Shown piece after piece: positions 42,100 through 50,669 of a stretch of DNA of 64,000 nucleotides. The translations under genes were made by a program, and so were the position numbers. The notes under the pieces were generated by a model, which worked only from the letters and a program-made list of their open reading frames with translations, was not told where the DNA came from and made no database searches. Numbering within the stretch: the first letter of the stretch is position 1; each line of letters starts with the position of its first letter. The stretch lies in IMG/VR virus record IMGVR_UViG_3300045988_171958, positions 32,001 to 96,000 of that record; one strand, written 5' to 3'. The DNA is from a virus.

Positions 42100-42780
42100 A
42101 TGATTAATCCAGTTCCTGTATATAAGTATGTTAAAGCAAATCCATTGATTAAGCTTAATGTTAATGATAGAGTTTATGTTGTAAATGGCTTTACATTTTT
42201 GTCAAATCAATATGGAGTAACTAGAAAGGATTGCCTTAGAGATATTAATTTTGAAGACCTTACTAAGATTGGTCTTTTCGATAAGACAATTACTAATTTC
42301 AATATATCTAATTATTCTAAAGGTGATTTGATTGTACTATCAGATAATAAGGATAAGGCAAGAGAAGTATCAGCTAGCAATCCAACAAAGAATCGTGTTG
42401 TTGAAATCGCCAAAGAACCAACTGTGGTTATTCCACGAAAGGGATATGGTAAATCTCCTTTGAAGTTTATTCAAGAAATGGAAGTAAGAGATGTAAATAC
42501 TGGAAAGATGCAAATCATCAATACAGATGATATTGTTTGCGACACTAGAAAGTATTGGTTCATCAATTCAAAAGGTCAGGTATCTTGCACATATTATTGG
42601 ATGAATCCTGTTGCTGATTTGTACAGAAGCAAGACAAACAATATATATTATTCACATGACCATGCAGTTAGTGCATTACAGACTATTGAATATAACATCA
42701 ATAATGATGCTGCTGTACTTTCTGGTGGTGATACTATGTTAGGTAAATCAATGATGATTGACAATCTTGTAGAAAAGTAG
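42100..42780 (+). CDS. hypothetical protein
   Basis: 226-aa ORF with a TAG stop. Confidence 0.7.
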   Translation: MINPVPVYKYVKANPLIKLNVNDRVYVVNGFTFLSNQYGVTRKDCLRDINFEDLTKIGLFDKTITNFNISNYSKGDLIVLSDNKDKAREVSASNPTKNRVVEIAKEPTVVIPRKGYGKSPLKFIQEMEVRDVNTGKMQIINTDDIVCDTRKYWFINSKGQVSCTYYWMNPVADLYRSKTNNIYYSHDHAVSALQTIEYNINNDAAVLSGGDTMLGKSMMIDNLVEK

Positions 42781-42785
42781 ATACC

Positions 42786-43007
42786 ATGCAAGAAATTCTA
42801 TGTATGTTGATTGGTACTATAATAGCTATATTTGTAAGCTTTGCGGTACCAGAAAAATACCAAGAAAAATTTATTTTAGGATTCTCTCTTCTTTATGTAA
42901 TAATTTATGTAATATTAAGGTACGATTTATTTAATATATGGGACACGATATACTATTTGCATTTACAATTGGAAGCATTGTTGCATTATTGTTCATTATA
43001 CCATTGA
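42786..43007 (+). CDS. small membrane protein
   Basis: 73 aa with two hydrophobic helices. The 3' part overlaps the next ORF by 70 nt, so the true end or start is uncertain. Confidence 0.4.
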   Translation: MQEILCMLIGTIIAIFVSFAVPEKYQEKFILGFSLLYVIIYVILRYDLFNIWDTIYYLHLQLEALLHYCSLYH

Positions 43008-43252
43008 TATTGATTGAAAGAAATGTTATCAAGACATCAAAAGCCATGAAAAGTTTCTTTGAAGATGAGTTGAAACTTTCTTTTCATGTTCCTTATAAGA
43101 ATTCAAAAGATGGCAGCATAATCATATTTTCAAGGTCTAATGGTTTTACAAAGGGTGGTACTATTGAGGCATTCAAATATGTACCATGGAAGTCAAGTGA
43201 ATTAGTTCAGTATAATAAGAAAGAAATGAAAGAATTGGTAAAAGACCTTTGA
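42938..43252 (+). CDS. membrane-anchored hypothetical protein
   Basis: 104 aa with an N-terminal TM segment (ILFAFTIGSIVALLFIIPLILI). Confidence 0.5.
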   Translation: MGHDILFAFTIGSIVALLFIIPLILIERNVIKTSKAMKSFFEDELKLSFHVPYKNSKDGSIIIFSRSNGFTKGGTIEAFKYVPWKSSELVQYNKKEMKELVKDL

Positions 43253-43268
43253 ACAAAATAAATAGATC

Positions 43269-43490
43269 ATGAAGGATTTTTTTGGAACAGAAATTAAAGT
43301 AAGTGATATTGTAGCTTTTACAAATCCAGTATCTTCTAGGAAGTCACTTGCTTTAGGTAAAGTAACTGCAATAGGTAAGTCATTTGTAGAGATAGAAACT
43401 GAAAACCCATATTTTGATGGTGACATCTATCCAAATAAATATGATTATGTTAAGAAGCGTCCAGAAAATGTAATTGTGAAGTCTAACTAG
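43269..43490 (+). CDS. small hypothetical protein (paralogue of 41859-42095)
   Basis: 73 aa. See the alignment under 41859-42095. Confidence 0.6.
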   Translation: MKDFFGTEIKVSDIVAFTNPVSSRKSLALGKVTAIGKSFVEIETENPYFDGDIYPNKYDYVKKRPENVIVKSN

Positions 43491-43529
43491 TACTTAATTA
43501 AAGATATTATTTTTAAACCAATTGAATAT

Positions 43530-43847
43530 ATGACTTACGAAGATTTTTTGAAAACCTTTATTGAAGAAAATAAAGATAAAGTATCAAGAGATAGATTGTT
43601 TGGTGGATATGATATTGATCGTTATGATTATGATAAAATGGTCAATAAATGTTATTGGTTTATTACCGATAAAATGAATCTAGAATTTCCTAGACCAGAT
43701 ATTGATTCAGAAGAATATCATGATTATTATAGAAATATGATGATTATGAAAGCTTTTTGTGATGCATTTCAAAAATATGCTGATAATCATCTTATGTATT
43801 TACCAAAACCACCAAGTACAGAAGTATATTGTGGACAACGAGATTAA
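43530..43847 (+). CDS. hypothetical protein
   Basis: 105-aa ORF. Confidence 0.6.
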   Translation: MTYEDFLKTFIEENKDKVSRDRLFGGYDIDRYDYDKMVNKCYWFITDKMNLEFPRPDIDSEEYHDYYRNMMIMKAFCDAFQKYADNHLMYLPKPPSTEVYCGQRD

Positions 43848-43864
43848 TAAATATTACTATATAA

Positions 43865-44155
43865 ATGGAAGTGAAAATTGATTTGATGACTAAAGAAGAA
43901 ATGTTGCAAGAGTCTTACATCAACAAAGGCAACAGATATACGACTGAAGAATGGCAACAAAATGGAGATTATGTGACAACAGATCGAAATGGCTATTTGA
44001 ATTATGCAAATGGTGAAGAAGTAATTGATGAAAACGATTTGCCGGAAGATGGATGGTTTGATTGTACAGAGTATGATGAAGACAGTGATGTTGATAGCTA
44101 TTCTGATTCTGGTTTTTATGATAACCCATTATATGATAGTGATGACGACTGGTGA
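43865..44155 (+). CDS. highly acidic hypothetical protein
   Basis: 96 aa. The C-terminal half is D/E/Y-rich (..EYDEDSDVDSYSDSGFYDNPLYDSDDDW). Confidence 0.6.
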   Translation: MEVKIDLMTKEEMLQESYINKGNRYTTEEWQQNGDYVTTDRNGYLNYANGEEVIDENDLPEDGWFDCTEYDEDSDVDSYSDSGFYDNPLYDSDDDW

Positions 44156-44483
44156 TTTAAGTAAATTAGATAAAGCAGAAAAGAAAGAATTCATATCTGC
44201 TGTAAATGATGCTATACTGAAACAAAAATATCGTATAGTAGTAAGAAGAATATTCAAGCAGTATACTTACAATGATACTACATATCTTATTAAAGAATAT
44301 GCGGTACAGAAAAGAAAGAAGTTCTTGTTTTTCTATTGGTGGGATTTTTGTGATAGAAATGAACATGGATGGGTAAAATGGACAGATAAGCTTGAAAATT
44401 GTGAAAAATACATATATGACAAATATCTTGGTACTGGTGTAAAACCTACATTTGAAGTACTAGGATTGATACCAAGTGAATGA
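44142..44483 (+). CDS. hypothetical protein
   Basis: The internal ATG (MTTGDLSKLDK..) overlaps the previous stop by 14 nt. The upstream part of the track ORF duplicates the coding space of 43865-44155. Confidence 0.55.
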   Translation: MTTGDLSKLDKAEKKEFISAVNDAILKQKYRIVVRRIFKQYTYNDTTYLIKEYAVQKRKKFLFFYWWDFCDRNEHGWVKWTDKLENCEKYIYDKYLGTGVKPTFEVLGLIPSE

Positions 44484-44503
44484 CAATTGTCATTCACTTT
44501 TTT
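44475..44503 (+). terminator. intrinsic terminator
   Basis: AGTGAATGACA / TGTCATTCACT stem followed by TTTTTT. It contains the stop codon. Confidence 0.75.
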
Positions 44504-44511
44504 GCATTTGT

Positions 44512-44540
44512 TTTGAAATTTTTAAATTCATTTCTATATT
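44512..44540 (+). promoter_or_regulatory. promoter (TTTGAAAT-N12-TTCTATATT)
   Basis: Exact consensus. Confidence 0.6.
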
Positions 44541-44579
44541 AAATCTGTTCAAAATAAGAAGTTTAATTTTTAAAATTTT

Positions 44580-44855
44580 ATGATTATGATTACAAAGACT
44601 TTGAATGACTATGCTACAGAACTTGCGATGATAAATGCTAATTTCTGTTCAACATATTTACCAAGCGAAATTTATGGTTTCACTCTTGAAGCTTTACGTA
44701 TTTTGATTTGCAATCGTATTATGAACAACAATATTGTTAAGATGGAACAGAAAGATATTGATACATTGATTGGTTTTGTGTTAGATTTTTCTGATGCTAA
44801 GATGATTACATATCGTGAAGCTCTTGTAAAATATTCAGAAATTTTACATTGCTAA
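44580..44855 (+). CDS. hypothetical protein
   Basis: 91-aa ORF after the promoter. Confidence 0.6.
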   Translation: MIMITKTLNDYATELAMINANFCSTYLPSEIYGFTLEALRILICNRIMNNNIVKMEQKDIDTLIGFVLDFSDAKMITYREALVKYSEILHC

Positions 44856-44858
44856 TTT

Positions 44859-44887
44859 TTTGAAATTTCTTGGTATTATTCTATTTT
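44859..44887 (+). promoter_or_regulatory. promoter (TTTGAAAT-N12-TTCTATTTT)
   Basis: Consensus with one -10 substitution. Confidence 0.5.
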
Positions 44888-44928
44888 ATTCATGTCAAAT
44901 AAATAATAAACATTAAAATATTAAAATT

Positions 44929-45228
44929 ATGATTATCGATTTTGTTAAGTTACATATTGCAGAAGCTCTCAGTGAAGTTGCTAATAACTATGGCAATGAG
45001 GAATACCTCAATGAAGTAGTTAAAATCAACTTTGATCAGTTGGTAGAAGATATTTTTAAGGGTTTAAATGGATATTTTACTAGAGATGCATGGCCATCCG
45101 TAAAAGATATCATCTATACCATGCTTCTTGATAAGAAGACTTTAGATGGTATTGCGAATGCAATCAAAGGTATGATGGCTTTACACAATTTTGATATTGA
45201 AAAGGCTGGTGGAATCATTAGATATTAA
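44929..45228 (+). CDS. hypothetical protein
   Basis: 99-aa ORF. Confidence 0.6.
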   Translation: MIIDFVKLHIAEALSEVANNYGNEEYLNEVVKINFDQLVEDIFKGLNGYFTRDAWPSVKDIIYTMLLDKKTLDGIANAIKGMMALHNFDIEKAGGIIRY

Positions 45229-45244
45229 TATAAAAAGTAAAATT

Positions 45245-45604
45245 ATGATAAATACAAATCCTCAAGTTATATATGCTAAGATTAATGCTAATATTGAAAA
45301 GATTATTGGCAAGATAGCAAGACAGATGCTTGATTTATATCCTAACATCAATGATTGTTTGAATGCAGTATCAAGATTATCAGAATCTGATATCAAATGG
45401 AAAATCTGGCGAATAGCAACGAAACAGAATATATTTGATGAAGCTGAGTCATCAAACTGTATTGTTGAATCATGTGTATTAGATTTGTATGATGATAGTG
45501 CATCATCTGATACATTACATAGCTTTGATTTTCGAGCAGCTATTCACAACATGTGTATTCTCATTTATTATACTAACAAGAAAATTACATCATACGATGC
45601 ATAA
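45245..45604 (+). CDS. hypothetical protein
   Basis: First non-overlapping ATG (MINTNPQVIYAK..). Confidence 0.55.
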   Translation: MINTNPQVIYAKINANIEKIIGKIARQMLDLYPNINDCLNAVSRLSESDIKWKIWRIATKQNIFDEAESSNCIVESCVLDLYDDSASSDTLHSFDFRAAIHNMCILIYYTNKKITSYDA

Positions 45605-45827
45605 GTATATCAATTCATTGACAATTCATTTTTGTCTTGGAATATTGTCAGCATTTATTGTCATATTGGTAGCAGACAATATCTCTTTAGCAACGATATG
45701 CTTGCTTGTATTTGCTCTCCCTATATGGTTTACTTTCTATAATAGAGTAAAAGATATGGCTTCAGAAGAAATTTCAGAGAAGTTAGGTTTTAGAGGTAAC
45801 AAATTCTTAGATTGTACAAATGAGTAA
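45597..45827 (+). CDS. small two-TM membrane protein
   Basis: The internal ATG (MHKYINSL..) overlaps the previous stop. Hydrophobic helices are ILSAFIVILVA and ICLLVFALPIWFTF. Confidence 0.5.
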   Translation: MHKYINSLTIHFCLGILSAFIVILVADNISLATICLLVFALPIWFTFYNRVKDMASEEISEKLGFRGNKFLDCTNE

Positions 45828-46113
45828 CTTATATAATATTGAATCAAGATATCAGTATCATACAAGAACTGGTATTGAATGGACAAAATGGTTTTGTATG
45901 TTGTCAGAAGGTCCTAATGAGGATAAAGCTTTTCTTGAGCAGAAAATTTCAGACTATAAAGATAATGATAAGAGGATAAAAGCAAAGTTGAAGCATGAAT
46001 ATCGTATAGTTGATTATGTAGAACCAGAAGAGGTTCATGCATTTCAGAAAATGTATACTAGAAGAAAGAATAAAAACTCTAAAAAGTCACCAGGAACAAC
46101 TAAAAAGTCTTAG
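45820..46113 (+). CDS. hypothetical basic protein
   Basis: 97 aa. Its last 9 codons (KKSPGTTKKS*) are encoded by the antisense strand of GC-rich element copy D. Confidence 0.55.
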   Translation: MSNLYNIESRYQYHTRTGIEWTKWFCMLSEGPNEDKAFLEQKISDYKDNDKRIKAKLKHEYRIVDYVEPEEVHAFQKMYTRRKNKNSKKSPGTTKKS

Positions 46114-46178
46114 GCTGATAGAATATACTGAAGCATATTTTTCCGCTCCCTGACCGCCCCAGGCGCTTAACAGGAGAA
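46087..46178 (-). repeat. GC-rich structured element, copy D (minus orientation)
   Basis: The reverse complement reads TTCTCCTGTTAAGCGCCTGGGGCGGTCAGGGAGCGGAAAAATATGCTTCAGTATATTCTATCAGCCTAAGAC..GTTCCTGGTGAC followed by TTTTT. It is the closest relative of copy A. Confidence 0.7.
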
Positions 46179-46220
46179 CATTATATTATATATTAGTAAA
46201 ACTTTTAAATATGAATTTTT

Positions 46221-46502
46221 ATGAAGCAATTGAAGAAACAGAGTGGAGCTTCGCGTATCGTTGAAGTTCTTTTAGGACAAGCATTATTGAATTGTAAGAT
46301 TGGTAGCGTCAAATCTCTTATTGAGAAAGTAACTGATGTTACTGGTGGTAAGTTTGATGTAAAGAAGGTTGATGGTCCAGACAAATTAGATGTTGAACTA
46401 GCACCATGGATGATTTCATTGGAGATTGGCGATACTAAGGTAATAGTTAAGTTTAGCTTAACGGTAAATTATTTTATCAATAAGATTGAAGTGTCAGAGT
46501 GA
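46221..46502 (+). CDS. hypothetical protein
   Basis: 93-aa ORF. Confidence 0.6.
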   Translation: MKQLKKQSGASRIVEVLLGQALLNCKIGSVKSLIEKVTDVTGGKFDVKKVDGPDKLDVELAPWMISLEIGDTKVIVKFSLTVNYFINKIEVSE

Positions 46503-46527
46503 CATTTTGGCAGGAATATATGACAAT

Positions 46528-46568
46528 GTGTCAGAATTTTGTAATCATGAAATTCTGGCACACTTTTT
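46528..46568 (+). terminator. intrinsic terminator enclosing a -35-like box
   Basis: GTGTCAGAATTT / AAATTCTGGCAC (one G.U pair) followed by ACTTTTTT. Confidence 0.65.
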
Positions 46569-46576
46569 TCTATATA
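46548..46576 (+). promoter_or_regulatory. promoter of dnaK (TGAAAT-N14-TTCTATATA)
   Basis: The -35-like box lies in the hairpin loop and 3' arm. The -10 box comes right after the T-run, 42 nt before the dnaK ATG. Confidence 0.5.
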
Positions 46577-46617
46577 TTAATTAGATAAATAAAAACATAT
46601 ATAAGATTAAATTTAAA

Positions 46618-48573
46618 ATGAGTAAAGTTTTAGGCTTGGATCTCGGTACTGGTATGTCATGTGTAGCAGTAATTGAGGCAGGTAAACCAGTTGTGGTAGT
46701 AAATGAAGAAGGAACAAGAACAACACCATCAGTAGTACAGATTACAAAAGATGAAGTGAAGATTGGTAATGCAGCAAAGCGTGCAATGGTAACAAATCCA
46801 AAGAACACTATCAGTTTTGTAAAGCGTTTGATGGGTGCTGATTTTAATGATGAGAATGTAAAGAAGATGCAGAAGCTTGCAACTTATGATATTGTAAATA
46901 AGTCTGGTAAGCCTTATGTTAAGATCGATGACAAAGAATATTCTCCTGAACAGATTTCATCTATGATTGTTGGCAAGATGAAAAAAGTTGCACAAGACTA
47001 TGTTGGTGAAGAAATTAAAGATGCAGTAATTACGGTACCAGCTTGGTTTGGTGATGCTGCCCGTACAGCAACTAAGACAGCAGGTGAGCTTGCTGGATTG
47101 AATGTACTTCGTGTAATTAATGAGCCAACATCAGCGGCATTGGCTGCTAACTTGATGGAAGACAAGAAAGACAAGACTGTTGTAGTAGTGGATTCTGGTA
47201 CTGGTACAGTCGATGTTTCTGTTCTTGAGTTGTCTGATGGTATGGCTGAAGTACTTGCATCAAATGGTGATGTATATCTTGGAGGTAAAGATTATGATGA
47301 TGCTATTGTAAAGTGGGTAGTTGATGAATTCAAGAAGTCAGATGATGTTGATTTGGCAAAGGACAATATGGCTTATGCTCGTGTAGTAGAATCTGCAGAA
47401 AAAGCAAAGATTGAATTGTCAAGTTCAACACAGACAGAGATTAATCTCCCATATATTTCTATGAAAGATGGTGCACCATTGAATCTTGCTATGACACTTT
47501 CTCGTGCTAAGTTTGAATCTCTTGTAAAGAATTTGAATGATCGTACTGTTGAAAAGGCAAAGATTGCTGTAGAGAAGGCTGGTAAGAAATATGATGATAT
47601 TGATTGTATCTTGCTTGTAGGTGGTACAACTCGTATTCCATCATTACAAGAGGCATTGAAGAAGGAATTCAATAAGCCATTGAATCAATCTGTAAATCCA
47701 GATGAAGCAGTTGCATTGGGTGCTGCTAAGCAAGCTGATATTCTTGCTGGTAATTCTACTGGTGATTTGTTGCTTCTTGATGTTACTCCATTGTCATTGG
47801 GTATCGAAACTAAGGGAGATATGATGGCACCTATTGTTGAAGCAAATACAACAATTCCATGTCAAAAGAAGCAAGTATTCACCACATCTATTGATAACCA
47901 ACCTATGGTTGAAGTGAATGTATTGCAAGGTGAACGTAAGATTGCTTCTGGCAATAAGTCTATTGGTAGATTCAGATTGGATGGAATTCCTATGGCAAAG
48001 GCCGGTGTACCACAGATTGAAGTTTGCTTTGATATTGATGCAAATGGTATTGTTACAGTTACTGCTAAAGATCTTGGTACTAATAAAGAACAGCATATTA
48101 CAATCAGTAACAACACACTTACTGATGAGGAAATCAAAGCAATCAAGGAAGATGCTGAGAAGTTCAAGGAAGCTGATGAAAAGAAGACACAAGAAACCAA
48201 TGACATCAATGATGCAGAACGTTATATGTTCAATACAAAAGAGATGATTGCCAATGAAGACTTTGTCAAGGCTACATCAGATGAAGATAGAGCTAAAGCA
48301 CAAGAAAAACTTGATGCATTAGAATCAATTGTTGTATTGAAGGACAAAGACCATGATAAGATCATGGAAGCTAAGAAAGAGTTAGAAGAAGTTTGGAACC
48401 CTATAGTTGAGAAATTCTATGCCGATAAGCAAAAGAGTCAAGATTGTACTAATAAGACAGAGACACAGGAAGGAAATGCAAAGGAAGAGAATGCGTCAAA
48501 TCCTGACAATGATAAGAAGGAAGAAAAATCAGATGATGTAAAAGTAGAAGATGCAGTAGTTGAAGATGCATAA
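46618..48573 (+). CDS. dnaK: Hsp70 chaperone DnaK
   Basis: Full-length 651 aa. Motifs include LGLDLGTGMSCVAV, ..AVITVPAWFGDAAR..AGLNVLRVINEPTSAALA.., LLVGGTTRIPS.. and DEAVALGAA, plus a substrate-binding domain and an acidic C-terminal tail. Confidence 0.95.
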   Translation: MSKVLGLDLGTGMSCVAVIEAGKPVVVVNEEGTRTTPSVVQITKDEVKIGNAAKRAMVTNPKNTISFVKRLMGADFNDENVKKMQKLATYDIVNKSGKPYVKIDDKEYSPEQISSMIVGKMKKVAQDYVGEEIKDAVITVPAWFGDAARTATKTAGELAGLNVLRVINEPTSAALAANLMEDKKDKTVVVVDSGTGTVDVSVLELSDGMAEVLASNGDVYLGGKDYDDAIVKWVVDEFKKSDDVDLAKDNMAYARVVESAEKAKIELSSSTQTEINLPYISMKDGAPLNLAMTLSRAKFESLVKNLNDRTVEKAKIAVEKAGKKYDDIDCILLVGGTTRIPSLQEALKKEFNKPLNQSVNPDEAVALGAAKQADILAGNSTGDLLLLDVTPLSLGIETKGDMMAPIVEANTTIPCQKKQVFTTSIDNQPMVEVNVLQGERKIASGNKSIGRFRLDGIPMAKAGVPQIEVCFDIDANGIVTVTAKDLGTNKEQHITISNNTLTDEEIKAIKEDAEKFKEADEKKTQETNDINDAERYMFNTKEMIANEDFVKATSDEDRAKAQEKLDALESIVVLKDKDHDKIMEAKKELEEVWNPIVEKFYADKQKSQDCTNKTETQEGNAKEENASNPDNDKKEEKSDDVKVEDAVVEDA

Positions 48574-48598
48574 ATAATTTACATCAATAACAGTTTGA

Positions 48599-48637
48599 AT
48601 GGTCGATTGAATGAATGAAATTTGATCGACCATTTTC
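48599..48637 (+). terminator. hairpin after dnaK enclosing the -35 box of the dnaJ promoter
   Basis: ATGGTCGAT (48599-48607) / ATCGACCAT (48625-48633) followed by TTTT. Confidence 0.6.
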
Positions 48638-48643
48638 TATATT
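48616..48643 (+). promoter_or_regulatory. promoter of dnaJ (TGAAAT-N13-TTCTATATT)
   Basis: Consensus boxes, followed by TAACATGTC. Confidence 0.55.
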
Positions 48644-48673
48644 TAACATGTCAAAGAATAGATAACAAATAAC

Positions 48674-49705
48674 ATGAAAGATTACTATGATATTTTAGGT
48701 GTATCTAGAGATGCATCAGAAGATGATATTAAAAGAGCATATAAGAAAATAATGCTCAAATATCATCCAGATAGAATGGGTAACAAATCTGATAAGGAAA
48801 AGAAAGAAGCTGAAGAGATTGTAAAATCAGCTAATGAAGCTTATGAGACTTTATCAGATCCACAAAAGAAGCAAGAATATGACAATCCAGGTTTTGGTGG
48901 AGGATTTGATCCATTTGCTGATTTCTTTGGTCATGATAGGTCAAATGGGACATCTTGGCATACTGAAGATTATCGAGATTTGAGAGGTAAGAATTGTGAA
49001 GGAAAATTGAATATTGATATTTCTGATTTCTATTTTAAAGGTATCAAGTCAGTAGCATATTTGAAGGATTTCAGATGTAATGTTTGTGATGGTGAAGGTG
49101 GTACTGGTGTTAAAGTTTGTTCACACTGTAATGGTACTGGTATGGTAACTGAATCTAGACGGCAAGGAAACATGTTCTTCCAATCTAGCCATCCATGCCC
49201 TTATTGTAATGGTAAAGGCAAGACAGTAGAACATAAGTGTGCGGCTTGTTCTGGTACTGGTTTTATTGGTAAGTTGGTAAATGAAGAAATTGACTTGTCA
49301 AGAATTCCATTGGAATATCTTTTGAAAGATGGTATTAGAATTGATGTTGGTCCACTTGGTTCTGAATCTAAATCTGTAAATGGAACAAATGGAGAACTCT
49401 ATATTACTGTACAACATACTTATGACCATAATAAATATCATATTGATGATTATGGTAATGTAGAAGGTAAAGAAGATATTGATTGGAAGGATGTAATGCT
49501 TGGTGGTAAGATTGAAATCAATTTACCTGGTAATAAGAAGATGAGAATAAATCTTCCAGAATGTTCTGAAGTAGGTAAGAAACTTAGAATAAAAGGAAAA
49601 GGTATTGATGGGCATGATTATACAATGGTTGTCAACCCAGTATTCCCTAAAACACTTGATAAAGAAACAAAGAAAGCAATTGAACATTTAAAAGAGAAAG
49701 GATAG
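48674..49705 (+). CDS. dnaJ: type I J-domain co-chaperone DnaJ
   Basis: J domain DYYDILGVSRDASEDDIKRAYKKIMLKYHPDR, a short G/F stretch and four CxxCxGxG zinc-finger repeats (CNVCDGEG, CSHCNGTG, CPYCNGKG, CAACSGTG). Confidence 0.9.
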   Translation: MKDYYDILGVSRDASEDDIKRAYKKIMLKYHPDRMGNKSDKEKKEAEEIVKSANEAYETLSDPQKKQEYDNPGFGGGFDPFADFFGHDRSNGTSWHTEDYRDLRGKNCEGKLNIDISDFYFKGIKSVAYLKDFRCNVCDGEGGTGVKVCSHCNGTGMVTESRRQGNMFFQSSHPCPYCNGKGKTVEHKCAACSGTGFIGKLVNEEIDLSRIPLEYLLKDGIRIDVGPLGSESKSVNGTNGELYITVQHTYDHNKYHIDDYGNVEGKEDIDWKDVMLGGKIEINLPGNKKMRINLPECSEVGKKLRIKGKGIDGHDYTMVVNPVFPKTLDKETKKAIEHLKEKG

Positions 49706-49709
49706 AATA

Positions 49710-50669
49710 ATGGAAGATAGTAAGGTTTTATATTATATAAACAAAGGTATAGAAAGATTACAAGAGAATTGTAGATTTCCACCAGAATCTATTATAGATA
49801 ATGATAGATTTTTATCTGCTTATGCTTTTACAAATAATGATTATAGAATATTCCAACGCTGGATAACAGTAATCATGGAAGTAAAAGCAATAGATACAAG
49901 TAAGTCATTCTTCATACCATGTATTCTCCGTAAAGTACCAGAACGAATATTTAATGAAAGAGTAAATGATATTTGCTATGGCGCATCTACTCAATATACA
50001 TTGAATGATTCATATATAGAAGATTTAGAGATTGTATTGAATGAAAAGTATTATAAGATACTAGCAGAAAACAATTTCATGAAGGCAGTATATTGTGAAA
50101 ATGGAGAACTGAAAATGAGACAAAGTTATTCATTTGATACAAATATGTCTGTAGCTGCTATGAAGCTGTATCCAAGAAAATGCAATTTAGCTTTCTATCC
50201 ATATTCATTCAGTATGTTTGCATATACATCAGATCGAAATTCATGGAATACTGAGTTGATGAATATTATCGGAGACAGGAGTTTTGAAAGTATAACAAAA
50301 TTATCTAAACAATATTTTACTATCAATGATGTAAGTCTTGGAACATTCATTTCTAAATTGTCTCTTAATGAAGGATATTCTAATGGAAGATCTGGAATTG
50401 GATATGAGAATACTATTATGAAATGTGTATGTAATTCTCTTTCATTAGTATTTTATGATAAGACAACATTATCAGATGAGGAAATAGAGAAAGCTGCTAT
50501 TACTATAAATGAAAATGATCCTAACTTCAATAAAGCATATACTATTGATTGTCAAGGTAAGAAATTTAAAGAAGTGGATGAATTCTTTGATAATCAAGAA
50601 AAAATAGAAAAGAAAAATAAAGAAAATAAACCAAATATTATCATAACAAATGATGAATTTTTGATTTAA
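49710..50669 (+). CDS. hypothetical protein, 4 nt downstream of dnaJ
   Basis: 319-aa ORF with no GrpE-like or other motif recognised. Confidence 0.7.
   Translation: MEDSKVLYYINKGIERLQENCRFPPESIIDNDRFLSAYAFTNNDYRIFQRWITVIMEVKAIDTSKSFFIPCILRKVPERIFNERVNDICYGASTQYTLNDSYIEDLEIVLNEKYYKILAENNFMKAVYCENGELKMRQSYSFDTNMSVAAMKLYPRKCNLAFYPYSFSMFAYTSDRNSWNTELMNIIGDRSFESITKLSKQYFTINDVSLGTFISKLSLNEGYSNGRSGIGYENTIMKCVCNSLSLVFYDKTTLSDEEIEKAAITINENDPNFNKAYTIDCQGKKFKEVDEFFDNQEKIEKKNKENKPNIIITNDEFLI

Noticed and set aside
46581-46808. Minus-strand ORF overlapping the dnaK start
   Set aside because: It is antisense to the unmistakable DnaK N-terminus (LGLDLGTGMS..) and is therefore spurious.
49710-50669. Calling the gene after dnaJ as grpE
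   Set aside because: I recognised no GrpE-like sequence features, and position alone is insufficient. It is reported only as an unknown partner candidate.
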